Assembly: GCA_902385255.1 (NCBI GenBank)
Contig: CABMEV010000004.1
Span: forward strand, 34,590-98,589
Reading direction: 5' to 3'
DNA length: 64,000 nucleotides
Source of the DNA: Candidatus Tiddalikarchaeum anstoanum
GTDB lineage: Archaea > Nanobdellota > Nanobdellia > Tiddalikarchaeales > Tiddalikarchaeaceae
Shown here: one piece after another, positions 19,108 through 28,949 of the stretch
Layout of the letters: every line of letters starts with the position of its first letter
Position numbering within the stretch: position 1 is the first letter of the stretch
Program-made: the position numbers and the translations under genes
Notes under the pieces: model-generated
The model's database searches: none
The model's input: only the letters and a program-made list of their open reading frames with translations
What the model was told of the DNA's origin: nothing

Positions 19108-20394
19108 ATGAATAAAAATACGCAAAAAATTATGTTTTTGGTTCTTATAGCCGGTATTGTCCTTATTAGTGGCTGCACCGTGTCAGTAAATACAGGCAGT
19201 GATAACTCTAATAATGCAAATAATAATGCGGGAAATAATGTAGATAATAATTTAGGAACGGTATCCGGGTCAGATTTTGAATTTATCGTGCCTTCTGAAC
19301 TCCCAATAGCGTATGTCGGACGCCCATATCTTTACTCTTTCTGCAATCCCGAGCCTGAAGCTCAGACTGGTTTTTCATGGACCTGCGGCGTAGATGTAAC
19401 TCCTGTAAATCCCAGCGGCGGAACTCCTCCTTACGAAGTTACAGTCGAAGAATCTCAAGATGAATGGTATGTTGATGGTTTATATAACGGCGGCGACGGA
19501 TTATTGAATTTCACCGCTAAACTTGGCGACGAGGGGCAATACGTTTTGAATGTCTGCGCAAGAGATACTGGCAGTAACAATCAAATATGTAAGAATACAA
19601 CGCTGTATATAATGTCAGATACTGTCACAGTCAAAGGGGAAGGCAATTTTAACCATTCTCTGTTATTGAAGATTAATTCTATTGTAAAAGCAGCTGATTT
19701 TGCAGGCAACCAGGATGAAAAAAATGTAATTACAGGTTACGTGGCTGCAGCAAATTTCACATTTGACAAAGTAACATCCAGCGTTCCAGCATCGCCTTCA
19801 GGAGAAGGAGCAGCGTGGCAGGGAGGAGGTTCATCTTCCAGTTTAGATGTTACTGCAAATGAGAATAGTGTTTCAGTAACCGCTGATGGTAATGCGCCTT
19901 GCGGGCAGACGTCGTATTATGGTGGTTACCAAGTTGATTATTACATGGTTGGTTATGTAGGATATAATGATAATTTGTATCTCGCATTGAGTTTGACAAA
20001 TACAGGCACTATGACTAAAGCTGTTGATATTTATCTTAATGTGAGTTCCGAATTGGATGCGAGGTCAGCGCATTATTTCGACGCAACGGCAAACGCAGTG
20101 GTATGTGTGGGAAGTGATAATTGCGTAGAAGCTCCGACAGGGAGTCCTGGTGCGGTGATGAAAGACGGCGTGGTGTATCGTGTTCTTGTGCGCCCTGGAA
20201 ATCACTGGATTAGCATAGGCAGCATGAATAACAGGTTTGCTAATACGAATATGATCACTTGTCCTTCATTTGTACAATCAAGCAGTACAGTGTCAGTAAT
20301 AATCGTTCCAGCAGACATGAATGACGGAAAGAGAGCAATAGGGACAATATACTCATACAGATACGGAACGGGAACAGAATCCAGTATTAGATAA
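19108..20394 (+). CDS. secreted lipoprotein-like surface protein, Asn/Ser/Gly-rich
   Basis: A signal peptide with lipobox LISGC. The composition is low-complexity and N/S/T/G-rich. Confidence 0.55.
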   Translation: MNKNTQKIMFLVLIAGIVLISGCTVSVNTGSDNSNNANNNAGNNVDNNLGTVSGSDFEFIVPSELPIAYVGRPYLYSFCNPEPEAQTGFSWTCGVDVTPVNPSGGTPPYEVTVEESQDEWYVDGLYNGGDGLLNFTAKLGDEGQYVLNVCARDTGSNNQICKNTTLYIMSDTVTVKGEGNFNHSLLLKINSIVKAADFAGNQDEKNVITGYVAAANFTFDKVTSSVPASPSGEGAAWQGGGSSSSLDVTANENSVSVTADGNAPCGQTSYYGGYQVDYYMVGYVGYNDNLYLALSLTNTGTMTKAVDIYLNVSSELDARSAHYFDATANAVVCVGSDNCVEAPTGSPGAVMKDGVVYRVLVRPGNHWISIGSMNNRFANTNMITCPSFVQSSSTVSVIIVPADMNDGKRAIGTIYSYRYGTGTESSIR

Positions 20395-20444
20395 TTGAAA
20401 ATAAATTATAATATTTTAAGAAAAGAATGGTTTTATAATATTTT

Positions 20445-20516
20445 AGCTTCAGGGGAGAGTTGAACTCCCGGCCTTATGCTTACGAGGCATACGCTCTACC
20501 ACTGAGCTACTGAAGC
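20445..20516 (-). tRNA. tRNA-Thr (anticodon CGU)
   Basis: Hand-folded as a 72-nt cloverleaf. The acceptor stem has 7 perfect pairs, the D stem is GCUC/GAGC, the anticodon stem is UAUGC/GCAUA with loop CUCGUAA, and the T arm is GGGAG-UUCAACU-CUCCC. The discriminator is U and no CCA is encoded. Confidence 0.85.
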
Positions 20517-20558
20517 AGTTTAATAAAATAATATCTAATTTTTTACTTTTAAACCCTT

Positions 20559-20888
20559 TTATGCAATTCTTTTGCCGTTAGGAACAGCCTTATCAGGAGT
20601 GAGAAGCACCACATCTTTATTGTCCAGTATTACACCCAAGACTAACACTTCCGAAACAAAATTAGCAATCTGCTTTGGAGGAAAATTAGTAACAGCAACA
20701 ACCTGCTTGTTCACTAGTTCTTCCTTCTTGTACAACTTTGTCACCTGAGCGCTTGACTTTTTAACGCCGAAACTCCCGAAATTAATCGTAAGCTTATAAG
20801 AAGGATTCTTCGCCTCAGGAAAGTCTTCAACACTCGTAATCGTACCAGTACGCATCTCCACTTTTTCAAAATATTGCCAAGAAATCAT
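20559..20888 (-). CDS. tRNA-binding domain protein (CsaA/Trbp111/MetRS C-terminal-like)
   Basis: A 109-aa ORF with the pattern VVAVTNFPPKQIANFVSEVLVLG, typical of the tRNA-binding OB domain. Confidence 0.65.
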   Translation of the reverse strand: MISWQYFEKVEMRTGTITSVEDFPEAKNPSYKLTINFGSFGVKKSSAQVTKLYKKEELVNKQVVAVTNFPPKQIANFVSEVLVLGVILDNKDVVLLTPDKAVPNGKRIA

Positions 20889-20947
20889 AATACTTTTTAA
20901 TGTCTTATTAGTTTTAACTTTTTTGATTTTATTAGAACTGTAAAGTA

Positions 20948-22318
20948 GTGAATAAATATTTTAATGGGCTGAGATTTAACATAAACCGTATGGATTTCGG
21001 TTACGGGGAAAAGAAAGCAGGCAACGTCGAGGCAAAAACGCAGCAAAGCATCAAAAACGTAAAAGGTTTAAGAATACATTCTAGAAACGCTTTTGGAACA
21101 TTATTAGAAGTTGACGCCGAAAAATGCAGTATTTATTTTAATGCAAGCACACTTGGAAAGAAAGGATTAGAGTATTATAAAAAAGGAGATATGATAAGTT
21201 TAGCAAGAGAATCATATAATAATCATTTTAAAAATATCAAAAAAGGAGATATTACATTATTAGTTAATCATATAATGATGGAGAAAGAATCTGACAATTA
21301 CAGGGACTTTATAGTAGAAGAGTTAAGAAGATTGGGCGAGTCTGAAAACTGCGCTGTTCCTTCAGGAGAAACTGCAATTATGAATACACTGCAGGGCACA
21401 TACTTAGGATTAACATCAATCTCTATTGACAATAGGGGAAGTGAATATGATTTGGAGGGAAAACTTTTACTACCACACGCGGATGGTGTTGGCACTAAAA
21501 CATTAGTATACAAGATTGGTGATTATGGATTTGTTGTTGACGCATTGGCGATGAACTTAAATGATATACTGGTTGCGGGATTAAGCATGCCAGAAAAAGT
21601 TTTCTGCTGTAATACTTTAATTGTTGGAGAAGGATATGAGAATGATATTGAAGGAATAAGATCTGAACTTGAAAACGTCTGCAAAGAGAGAAATATAGAA
21701 TTAACAGTTAATAATTTTGTATTAATGCCCAACTTTAAAGGCGTCGAATTAGACATGGTTTTAACAGCCATTTACGACAAGGAAAAAATTGGAAAATTCA
21801 ATGTTAAAGAAGGTGACTTGGTTATTGGAGTTGCAAGTTCAGGAATACACAGTAACGGACTCACAGGGGCAAGAAGTTATGCGGAGAACTTATCCGAGAC
21901 AGATAGGAATATTTTTTATGAAAAATTGGCAGTGCCTACACTTATATATGATGGGTTCTGGGATAAGATATCAAATAAAGGAATAACAGGTGCTGTTCAC
22001 GTAACAGGAGGAGCTTTCAAAAAGATTCTGAAAGTATTACCTGAAGATTTAGATGTTTTCATAAATAAAAGTCATACTTTGAATCCTCAAGATTTATTTT
22101 TTGAATTGAAAAAACAGGCAACTAATGAAAGAATGTACAGTTATTTTAACTGCGGAATAGGACTAGTTTTAATAGCAGATAATGAGAGCGCAGAAAAAAT
22201 AGTTGCAGAAATAAACAACGCCGGGTACGACGCTGACGTTATCGGTCTTGTCGAACAAGGCAGGCATGAAATACATATAGAATCAAAGTTTGACAATGAA
22301 GAAGTAATACTAAAATAA
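20948..22318 (+). CDS. PurM (AIR synthase)-related protein with a roughly 130-aa N-terminal extension
   Basis: HADGVGTK and ITGAVHVTGGAF motifs of the PurM-like fold are present. No other pur genes lie nearby. Confidence 0.55.
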   Translation: MNKYFNGLRFNINRMDFGYGEKKAGNVEAKTQQSIKNVKGLRIHSRNAFGTLLEVDAEKCSIYFNASTLGKKGLEYYKKGDMISLARESYNNHFKNIKKGDITLLVNHIMMEKESDNYRDFIVEELRRLGESENCAVPSGETAIMNTLQGTYLGLTSISIDNRGSEYDLEGKLLLPHADGVGTKTLVYKIGDYGFVVDALAMNLNDILVAGLSMPEKVFCCNTLIVGEGYENDIEGIRSELENVCKERNIELTVNNFVLMPNFKGVELDMVLTAIYDKEKIGKFNVKEGDLVIGVASSGIHSNGLTGARSYAENLSETDRNIFYEKLAVPTLIYDGFWDKISNKGITGAVHVTGGAFKKILKVLPEDLDVFINKSHTLNPQDLFFELKKQATNERMYSYFNCGIGLVLIADNESAEKIVAEINNAGYDADVIGLVEQGRHEIHIESKFDNEEVILK

Positions 22319-22322
22319 GTTT

Positions 22323-24002
22323 CTACATGCTTTTTACCGACTCTATGTTTAACAATTTCAGGCAGCTCTCCATAATCATTGCAAAAGAGTGCACTATTAA
22401 AGCCCTTGACTTCTTAATATCCTCATTCTCAGCTGTCAATACAGGATTCTTCTCATAGAACGCGTTAAATGTAGAAGCTAGTTTGAAAGCGTAATTGCAT
22501 AACATGTAAGGGCTGTACTCATTAGCTGATTTTTCAACAACGTCAGGGAATTCAGCAAATAATTTAACAATGTTGAATATCTCCTCAGACTCGAAGAATC
22601 CAGGATTAGCCTTGAACAATATCTTGTTGCGGACTTTTGAAAGAATCTTATTAGCCCTGACAAGGGAGTATAACAAGTAAGGACCTGTGTCGCCGTCAAA
22701 ACTTATAGACTCAGCGGGATTAAACACTATATCCTTATTATTCGACACCTTAAGCATGTAATATTTCAAAGCTGATAATCCGATTAAGTCTGCGATTTTC
22801 TTATTAGCCTCTTTCTCGCGCTTCTTCATCTCTTCCATTGCCAAATCATGCAGTTCATCCATTAACTCGTCAGTGCCTATGAAATTGCCTTTCCTTGATG
22901 ACATCTTTCCTTCAGGAAGCATCACCATCCCGTAACTCAAGTGGTGGCAGTTGTCAGCATAAGAGTAGCCAAGCAGTTTCAAGGTTTTGAACAGCATTGA
23001 CATCTGATAACTTTGCTCGTTGGCAATGACGTATAATGACCTGTCAAACTTGAACTCGTCATACTTAATCTTTGCAAGATACAAGTCCTGCGTGATATAA
23101 AGAGATGTGCCGTCTCCGCGAAGCAGGCATTTCTTCTGGTCATTTCCTAAGTCTACGAATACTGCTCCAGTGTTATCCTTTTTGAAAACTCCCTTATCCA
23201 CCCCTTCGTAGACTATTTTCTTGGCCTTATCATAAAAATCACTCTCATAATATACTTTGTCGAATTTTTTTAACCCGAAGCGCTTGATTGACTCTTCAAA
23301 TCCTTTGAAGAACCAAGCATTCATCTTCTTCCATAACGCCCGCACTTTCTTGTTGCCGTCCTCCCAATCCTTTAACATCTTCTGGGCTTCATCCTCTAAC
23401 TTCTTATTCTCCTCAGCTTTCTTTGAGAACATTACATAAAAGTCTCCGACGAAGTGGTCGCTTTTATCATTAGGCTTCTTGCCCTTGCCCCATTTCTGGT
23501 AAGCAAGCATGGACTTACAGATGTGAACACCACGGTCATTGAACAAGTTTAATCTCTTAACAATAAAACCCTGGCTTTCCAACAATCTTGAAACGGACTC
23601 GCCGAGACTCATATTACGCGCGTGGCCGATATGCAAAGGCTTGTTAGTGTTGGGGCTTGGGAATTCGATAATAATTTTCTTGCCGTTCTTAGACAGGAAG
23701 CCATACTTATCCTTATCCTTCAATACGTTCTTAATTATTAATTCTGCAAATTTTTTCTTATTAAGGAAGAAATTAATGTAAGGACCCTGCGCTTTTACGT
23801 GCTCGAATATTGAATCTTTAATGTTAATAGTGCTGATTATCTTAATAGCTGCCATGGCAGGATTCTCATTATCCCTCTTTGCAACTTCGAAGGCTATGCT
23901 TGTAGAATAATCACCCATTTTAGGGTCAGGAGGAGTGCTAATCTTGTCCTCAGATACGTTTAAAATCTTCGCCAGTTGGCTTATTGCGAACTTCATGGCC
24001 AA
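22323..24002 (-). CDS. argS: arginine--tRNA ligase
   Basis: The class I HIGH motif (PLHIGHARN) is present, plus a C-terminal DALR-type anticodon-binding region. The length is 559 aa. Confidence 0.9.
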   Translation of the reverse strand: MAMKFAISQLAKILNVSEDKISTPPDPKMGDYSTSIAFEVAKRDNENPAMAAIKIISTINIKDSIFEHVKAQGPYINFFLNKKKFAELIIKNVLKDKDKYGFLSKNGKKIIIEFPSPNTNKPLHIGHARNMSLGESVSRLLESQGFIVKRLNLFNDRGVHICKSMLAYQKWGKGKKPNDKSDHFVGDFYVMFSKKAEENKKLEDEAQKMLKDWEDGNKKVRALWKKMNAWFFKGFEESIKRFGLKKFDKVYYESDFYDKAKKIVYEGVDKGVFKKDNTGAVFVDLGNDQKKCLLRGDGTSLYITQDLYLAKIKYDEFKFDRSLYVIANEQSYQMSMLFKTLKLLGYSYADNCHHLSYGMVMLPEGKMSSRKGNFIGTDELMDELHDLAMEEMKKREKEANKKIADLIGLSALKYYMLKVSNNKDIVFNPAESISFDGDTGPYLLYSLVRANKILSKVRNKILFKANPGFFESEEIFNIVKLFAEFPDVVEKSANEYSPYMLCNYAFKLASTFNAFYEKNPVLTAENEDIKKSRALIVHSFAMIMESCLKLLNIESVKSM

Positions 24003-24065
24003 ATAAATGCTTTAATACGTTAAAAAGGTAACGAATTTAAATAGTAAGATTGTCTTATTTAATCC

Positions 24066-24467
24066 ATGAATCAGAATGATATAGTCACATTTCTCAGAAT
24101 GCAGAAAGCAAACGACCCCGAGGCTTATGAGAAGTATATGGCTGAATATAAAGAGAAAAACCCTGATTTTTATAAAACTGTCCTAATCCCTGCTTTAGAG
24201 CCACAGAAGACGGAGAAAAAAGCACCAACTACGTACAATAATGTTCCAAACCCTGCTGAGATGCTGGCCACAGATGTACAGCCTATAGGCTCAGCCAATG
24301 TAGGAGAATTAAACTACGGCGCCCCCGAACAACAAGTTAAAAAAGAAGCTGCCAATGAGAAACCCAAATCCGAGATTAACAGGAGAAAACCGCCTATTAA
24401 AATAATACTAATCATTGCAGCAATACTAATCGTGGCAGGCGTGATGGTTGCAATATTCATACGTTAA
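24066..24467 (+). CDS. C-terminally membrane-anchored hypothetical protein
   Basis: A single C-terminal TM helix. Confidence 0.4.
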   Translation: MNQNDIVTFLRMQKANDPEAYEKYMAEYKEKNPDFYKTVLIPALEPQKTEKKAPTTYNNVPNPAEMLATDVQPIGSANVGELNYGAPEQQVKKEAANEKPKSEINRRKPPIKIILIIAAILIVAGVMVAIFIR

Positions 24468-24503
24468 ATCTAAAAAGAATAATCTATTATATAAGTGTAA
24501 CAA

Positions 24504-24944
24504 ATGGTGCGCATTATTAAGCCAAAAAAGAGAGTCATATTCTACTGGTTCTTTGACAAAGGATTCTTCTTCATAATAACATCCCTCTTAGTCCTTGGAA
24601 CTTACCTTAGGTACTTCACTAATTATTACCTGCCAACGCTCTTCATACTCCAGATGGTGATAGTCACAGTGATGTTCTCATTGCTTTTGTTAGTCTATGA
24701 ATGGTTCGCCACCGAGTACTACTTATTGGAGGACCACGTCCTGATAAAAGACCTGGACAAGACCCGCATGATAAGGTACTCTGACATCAAGGACGTCGGC
24801 TACTACGGCAACTTATTACAGCACTTAATGGGCACAACCAACGTAGCAATTAGAACCAGAGACGACCACGACCACTATTTAAGAGGAATTAGCGACTACA
24901 AGTCGGTTGAAGATGAGATATTAAGGAAGATAACCCGTCCATAG
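24504..24944 (+). CDS. membrane protein with a bacterial-type PH (bPH_2/YdbS-like) domain
   Basis: Two N-terminal TM helices are followed by a PH-like pattern. Confidence 0.45.
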   Translation: MVRIIKPKKRVIFYWFFDKGFFFIITSLLVLGTYLRYFTNYYLPTLFILQMVIVTVMFSLLLLVYEWFATEYYLLEDHVLIKDLDKTRMIRYSDIKDVGYYGNLLQHLMGTTNVAIRTRDDHDHYLRGISDYKSVEDEILRKITRP

Positions 24945-25258
24945 TACGCATTAATGGCAAAAATAACGGGTAAAGTTTTATAAGTTAATAAGTATAATAT
25001 GTTAGTTGATGGCCCGTGAATTATCGGGCAGGTGTTTGATAAATAAATAAATGTTTGACGTGATGGAAAAACTTAGTTATTTCTTTTACGTTCCGAAAGT
25101 GGCTTTCTTTTACAAAATTTTAACTGTAATTGGCTTTGCCGCTTACGACCCAACGCTGCTAATTGTAGCTTTAGTCGTGGACGTATTAGGACTCGTCGCA
25201 ACGTACGTATAAAAAGATTGTAATTTTCTGAAAAAAAACTTTGCTTAAATAGCGAAGC

Positions 25259-25765
25259 TCAGATTTGGAAAACCCTTCGCTGCTTTCCAATCTGGCAGAG
25301 TACCCTAGTTTTATGATTCTTGCCTACGCCGATTATACCCGACGGACACTTAAGTATGACAAATTCTGCTTCCAAGTTGTTAACCTTGTCAATATCAAAG
25401 CCCCTAATCATCTTCTCTGCCTCATCATTAGTGATGTCTAAAATGCCTTTGGTAGCCTTGGAACCTACGATTTGGGCGCCTTCAGGTGAGAGTCTTAAAA
25501 AATCGCCGTCGTAATGAGAGAAGTATAATCCCTTAATCTCAACGATTAAATCCTTGGTGTCAAAAGTGGAAACTTTCCCAGGCACAAGCCATATGCTGTC
25601 TTTCCCAAGATTATAAAACACCCAATCAGGTGGTATTTGAAAACCATAATTTTCAAAAATCTTATTCCTGAACTCTTCATCGAAACTTTTACTTAACTTC
25701 TTATACTCTACTTTTTCGAAAGTTTCGCTACGAAGAAACCTTCCATGTTTTTCCTGTGCGGCCAT
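25259..25765 (-). CDS. PUA-like domain protein (possible split C-terminal module of the upstream Sun methylase)
   Basis: The C-terminal pattern GAQIVGSKATKGILDITNDEAEKMIRGFDI is PUA-like. The annotated start overlaps the Sun gene's 3' end by 58 nt in another frame. Confidence 0.4.
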   Translation of the reverse strand: MAAQEKHGRFLRSETFEKVEYKKLSKSFDEEFRNKIFENYGFQIPPDWVFYNLGKDSIWLVPGKVSTFDTKDLIVEIKGLYFSHYDGDFLRLSPEGAQIVGSKATKGILDITNDEAEKMIRGFDIDKVNNLEAEFVILKCPSGIIGVGKNHKTRVLCQIGKQRRVFQI

Positions 25766-26616
25766 ATGCGAATCACCTCTTTCATATTAATACCCCTGCT
25801 ATCCTCAAAGCCTTTAATGTTAATATTTTCAAGAACGGCATCATCATGGCTCTTTACGAAACTGGCAATGACTTCCTCATTCTCCTCAAGAGTTAAAGTG
25901 CATGTCGAGTAGACAATGGTCCCGCCTGTTTTCAGCGCATCCCATGATGACTGAAGAAGGTCAGACTGCACCCTCTTCAAACTTCCGAAACTTCTTGGAT
26001 TAAACATTTTAGCAATAGCCCAGTTCTTCCTTATCGCACCAAAACCGCTGCAAGGAGCATCAACTAGAATCTTGTCAAAAGTGTCCGCGAATTTCTTGAA
26101 TCTCTGCCCAGGACCCCTCGTCACAATTATATTCCTGCAACCCAGCCTTTGCAGATTCACCCTAAGAACGCTAATCTTGTTAACATTAACATCATTCCCA
26201 ACCAGTACTCCTGTATTGTTCATCAACTGGCTAAGCTGGCTGGTCTTACTGCCCGGGCTCGCGCAGCAGTCCAACACAACATCGCCCTCCTTCGGGTCTA
26301 GTACGAGTGGAGGAATCATGCTAGACTGTTCCTGCACGTAGTAATAACCCATGAAGTGTTCTAAGCTGTTACCTAAAGCCTGATTCCTTTTTTTAACTAT
26401 GAAAGCATCTTTGTAGAAAGGCACATCCTCCAAGACCCAGGATTTTGCGAGAAGTAATTCTTTCAATTTTTCCCTGCTTGTTTTCAGTGTGTTAACCCTG
26501 ATAGAATCAGGGAGCGGAATCATTGAAGAGTTTATGAAACTGTCCAGTTCGTCGCCTATTAACTTCTTAAAATACTCCTTGAAGGAGTCTTTAAACACTG
26601 GCTTTTTTGAACTCAT
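25708..26616 (-). CDS. NOL1/NOP2/Sun-family RNA cytosine-C5 methyltransferase
   Basis: Motif I (DCCASPGSKT), motif IV (DAPCSGFG) and motif VI (YSTCTLT) are present, and the C-terminus ends in the typical GFFVAKL. Confidence 0.85.
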   Translation of the reverse strand: MSSKKPVFKDSFKEYFKKLIGDELDSFINSSMIPLPDSIRVNTLKTSREKLKELLLAKSWVLEDVPFYKDAFIVKKRNQALGNSLEHFMGYYYVQEQSSMIPPLVLDPKEGDVVLDCCASPGSKTSQLSQLMNNTGVLVGNDVNVNKISVLRVNLQRLGCRNIIVTRGPGQRFKKFADTFDKILVDAPCSGFGAIRKNWAIAKMFNPRSFGSLKRVQSDLLQSSWDALKTGGTIVYSTCTLTLEENEEVIASFVKSHDDAVLENINIKGFEDSRGINMKEVIRIWPHRKNMEGFFVAKLSKK

Positions 26617-26679
26617 TATTAAATAAATAGGTGAAAACAGTTATTTAAAATCCTTTTACTATTAAAATAATATAATAAG

Positions 26680-26973
26680 ATGAAACGATTAAGTGCACTT
26701 GTTTACGGGAAAGTTCAGGGCGTATTCTTCAGGAGGAACACTGAACTAATAGCCTTAAAATTAGGATTAACAGGCTACGTTGAGAACCTTAAAGACGGAA
26801 GCGTAAAAGTGGTTGCTGAAGGAGAAGAGGATAAATTAAAGGACTTATTGGTTTGGCTTCATAAAGGCCCTGAGAATGCAATAGTTGAACGGGTATCTTA
26901 TGACTTTTTGCAGGCTACAGGAGAGTTTAAAACATTCACGAAAGTCTGGTCAAAGGACGCGTTCTGGTTATGA
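26680..26973 (+). CDS. acyP: acylphosphatase
   Basis: It carries the VYGKVQGVFFR signature and is 97 aa. Confidence 0.85.
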   Translation: MKRLSALVYGKVQGVFFRRNTELIALKLGLTGYVENLKDGSVKVVAEGEEDKLKDLLVWLHKGPENAIVERVSYDFLQATGEFKTFTKVWSKDAFWL

Positions 26974-27263
26974 CTAAAATTAAGGATGAACTATTCAAGT
27001 TGTTAACTAAGATACCTAAAGGCAAAGTGACAACTTACAAGTCTTTGGCGGAAAAACTGAAAACGAGCCCGAGGGCTGTTGGCAGAATGTTAAACACGAA
27101 CACTAAACTGGTTATAATTCCTTGCCATCGTGTAATAAACAATAACGGATTAATCGGAGGATACAAAAATGGTGCTCCTAAGAAAAAAGCCTTGTTAAGA
27201 AAAGAAGGAGTAATATTCGATAAACACTTAGTGTCTAAAAACTGCATATATAAATTTCTTTAG
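26970..27263 (+). CDS. ogt: methylated-DNA--protein-cysteine methyltransferase, DNA-binding/catalytic C-domain only
   Basis: The PCHRV active-site motif (IIPCHRVINNNG) and an HTH are present. The gene overlaps acyP by ATGA. Confidence 0.8.
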   Translation: MTKIKDELFKLLTKIPKGKVTTYKSLAEKLKTSPRAVGRMLNTNTKLVIIPCHRVINNNGLIGGYKNGAPKKKALLRKEGVIFDKHLVSKNCIYKFL

Positions 27264-28057
27264 TCATCCGCAAGCCAATAGCTTGAGTCGCACTGCATCA
27301 CTGCATGAATTACATTGCTAAACAGATTATAAACCATCGAATATAAGCGCGCCTTCTTCCTCGAAGCATTCAGCGAATTAATCAAGTCTTCATCTTTAAC
27401 CTTGTTAGTATAAGCATTAAGCACCCTGGCAGTTATGCACAGCGTATTAAAATCCACATCCAAGGAATGCATTGAGTGTCCGCACACGTCAAAACCAATA
27501 ATATTATTATTCTTAGCAAGGAACCTGATTGAATTTAGCAGTGATTCAAGATTCATTTTTCCAGTATTCCACTCACCCATTTCAAGGCTTAATTTCGTAT
27601 TTAGAACATCCAGATCAACAGACACGTAGACAGGCTGGCGTGATGCAACTAAAACATATCCAGCCTCGTCGGGGCTTAATACTGTCAATGCAGGAACATC
27701 TATTACTGTGCTGTCAGGACCAACGATTAAAACGTTGCAATCCGGGTGTTTCTTAATGGTTGAATAAATCCAGTTCCCGCAGGTCATGAACTTGTCAGGC
27801 TTGTAATGAAAATGCGTATCCATAGACTTAACCACTTCATCCTCAGTATAGTCAATATGAGCATCATAAACAAGCAAAGTAAAATTATCAACAGGTTCGA
27901 TGGAGTCTATGATTTTGTCAGTAAGGTAATGGTTTTTCCCGCTGCCCAAGTAATAAGGCTGTTTTGCTTCACTAACATTGTCAATAACGTCTAAATTAAG
28001 TAATTCTTCATGCATTTTGAGCGAAATCCTGTCATTTCTAAGCAGGTTTAAATCCAT
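27260..28057 (-). CDS. arginase/agmatinase-family (ureohydrolase) protein, divergent
   Basis: DAHID, SVDLDVL and GFDVCGH blocks correspond to the DAHxD, SxDxDxxDP and GxDVVEV motifs of the arginase family. The first GGDHS block is degenerate (GKNHY). Confidence 0.5.
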   Translation of the reverse strand: MDLNLLRNDRISLKMHEELLNLDVIDNVSEAKQPYYLGSGKNHYLTDKIIDSIEPVDNFTLLVYDAHIDYTEDEVVKSMDTHFHYKPDKFMTCGNWIYSTIKKHPDCNVLIVGPDSTVIDVPALTVLSPDEAGYVLVASRQPVYVSVDLDVLNTKLSLEMGEWNTGKMNLESLLNSIRFLAKNNNIIGFDVCGHSMHSLDVDFNTLCITARVLNAYTNKVKDEDLINSLNASRKKARLYSMVYNLFSNVIHAVMQCDSSYWLADD

Positions 28058-28109
28058 AGACTCCTAGATTAATATTTCTAATTTAAAAGTTTTACCTAAC
28101 AAGATATTT

Positions 28110-28910
28110 TTAGAGTCCTAATTTTCTCTTAAGCCATTGGAAGAACGACTTGTCATCCTTGTCCTCTATGAATAATTCCTCTCCAGCTATCTTATTCACT
28201 ATCTGCTTTATTATCTTGGCGCTCTTGCTTTTCGGGTATGAGAAAATCACAGGCCTTTTTTCGCTGACACTCTTCATAACGTAGATATCATAAGGGACTA
28301 CTCCTAGTATTGGAAGCTCAAGGAATTCTGCAATATTCTTCTCATCAAGGTCGAATTCAAGGCCGGTTTTTTTGTTAATTATGACTCCAAGAAGCGCCAC
28401 CCTGTCTTCTTCAGCTATTTTTTTAGCGCGAAGAGCATCGGTTAATGCAGGAAGTTCAGGATTAGTAACCAGCACTAACTCATCAGCAGCTCTCACTGCC
28501 AGCTCTGCTTCCTTTCCGAGTCCTGCGCTTGAATCAACAATTATGTAATCATACTTTCCTAACAAGTCAAGAAGGGATTTGCTTAATTGTTTCCTAATCT
28601 GGGTCTTTAAATGATGGAAGCTTAACCCTCCAGGTATTACCTTTAATCCTTCCTTGGTTTTGTAAATAGCAGATTCTATGCCTACTGCGCCGCTTAACAC
28701 GTCATGGAGTGTGGGTCCTTTATCAGTTATGCCAAGCAGTATGCTGAGATTAGGTGTTGTGACATTAGCATCTATTATTAGAACGTTCTTTCCTGCCTGG
28801 TGAAGCGCTGCGGCAACATTGCAGGACATGGTGCTTTTTCCAACGCCCCCTTTACCGCTTGCGAATACTATAACACGAGTCATATTTTCAATTAATTCTA
28901 ATAACTGCAC
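28110..28910 (-). CDS. MinD/ParA-family P-loop ATPase
   Basis: It carries the deviant Walker A SGKGGVGKST. Confidence 0.8.
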   Translation of the reverse strand: MQLLELIENMTRVIVFASGKGGVGKSTMSCNVAAALHQAGKNVLIIDANVTTPNLSILLGITDKGPTLHDVLSGAVGIESAIYKTKEGLKVIPGGLSFHHLKTQIRKQLSKSLLDLLGKYDYIIVDSSAGLGKEAELAVRAADELVLVTNPELPALTDALRAKKIAEEDRVALLGVIINKKTGLEFDLDEKNIAEFLELPILGVVPYDIYVMKSVSEKRPVIFSYPKSKSAKIIKQIVNKIAGEELFIEDKDDKSFFQWLKRKLGL

Positions 28911-28949
28911 TTTTTAAATATTTTACATATCAGCCTAAAAAACAGGGAA

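Noticed and set aside
25066-25212. A 49-codon hydrophobic small ORF (MEKLSYFFYVPKVAFFYKILTVIGFAAYDPTLLIVALVVDVLGLVATYV) in the 314-bp gap before 25259.
   Set aside because: It is below the size at which coding can be judged by eye. It is noted only as a possible small membrane protein.
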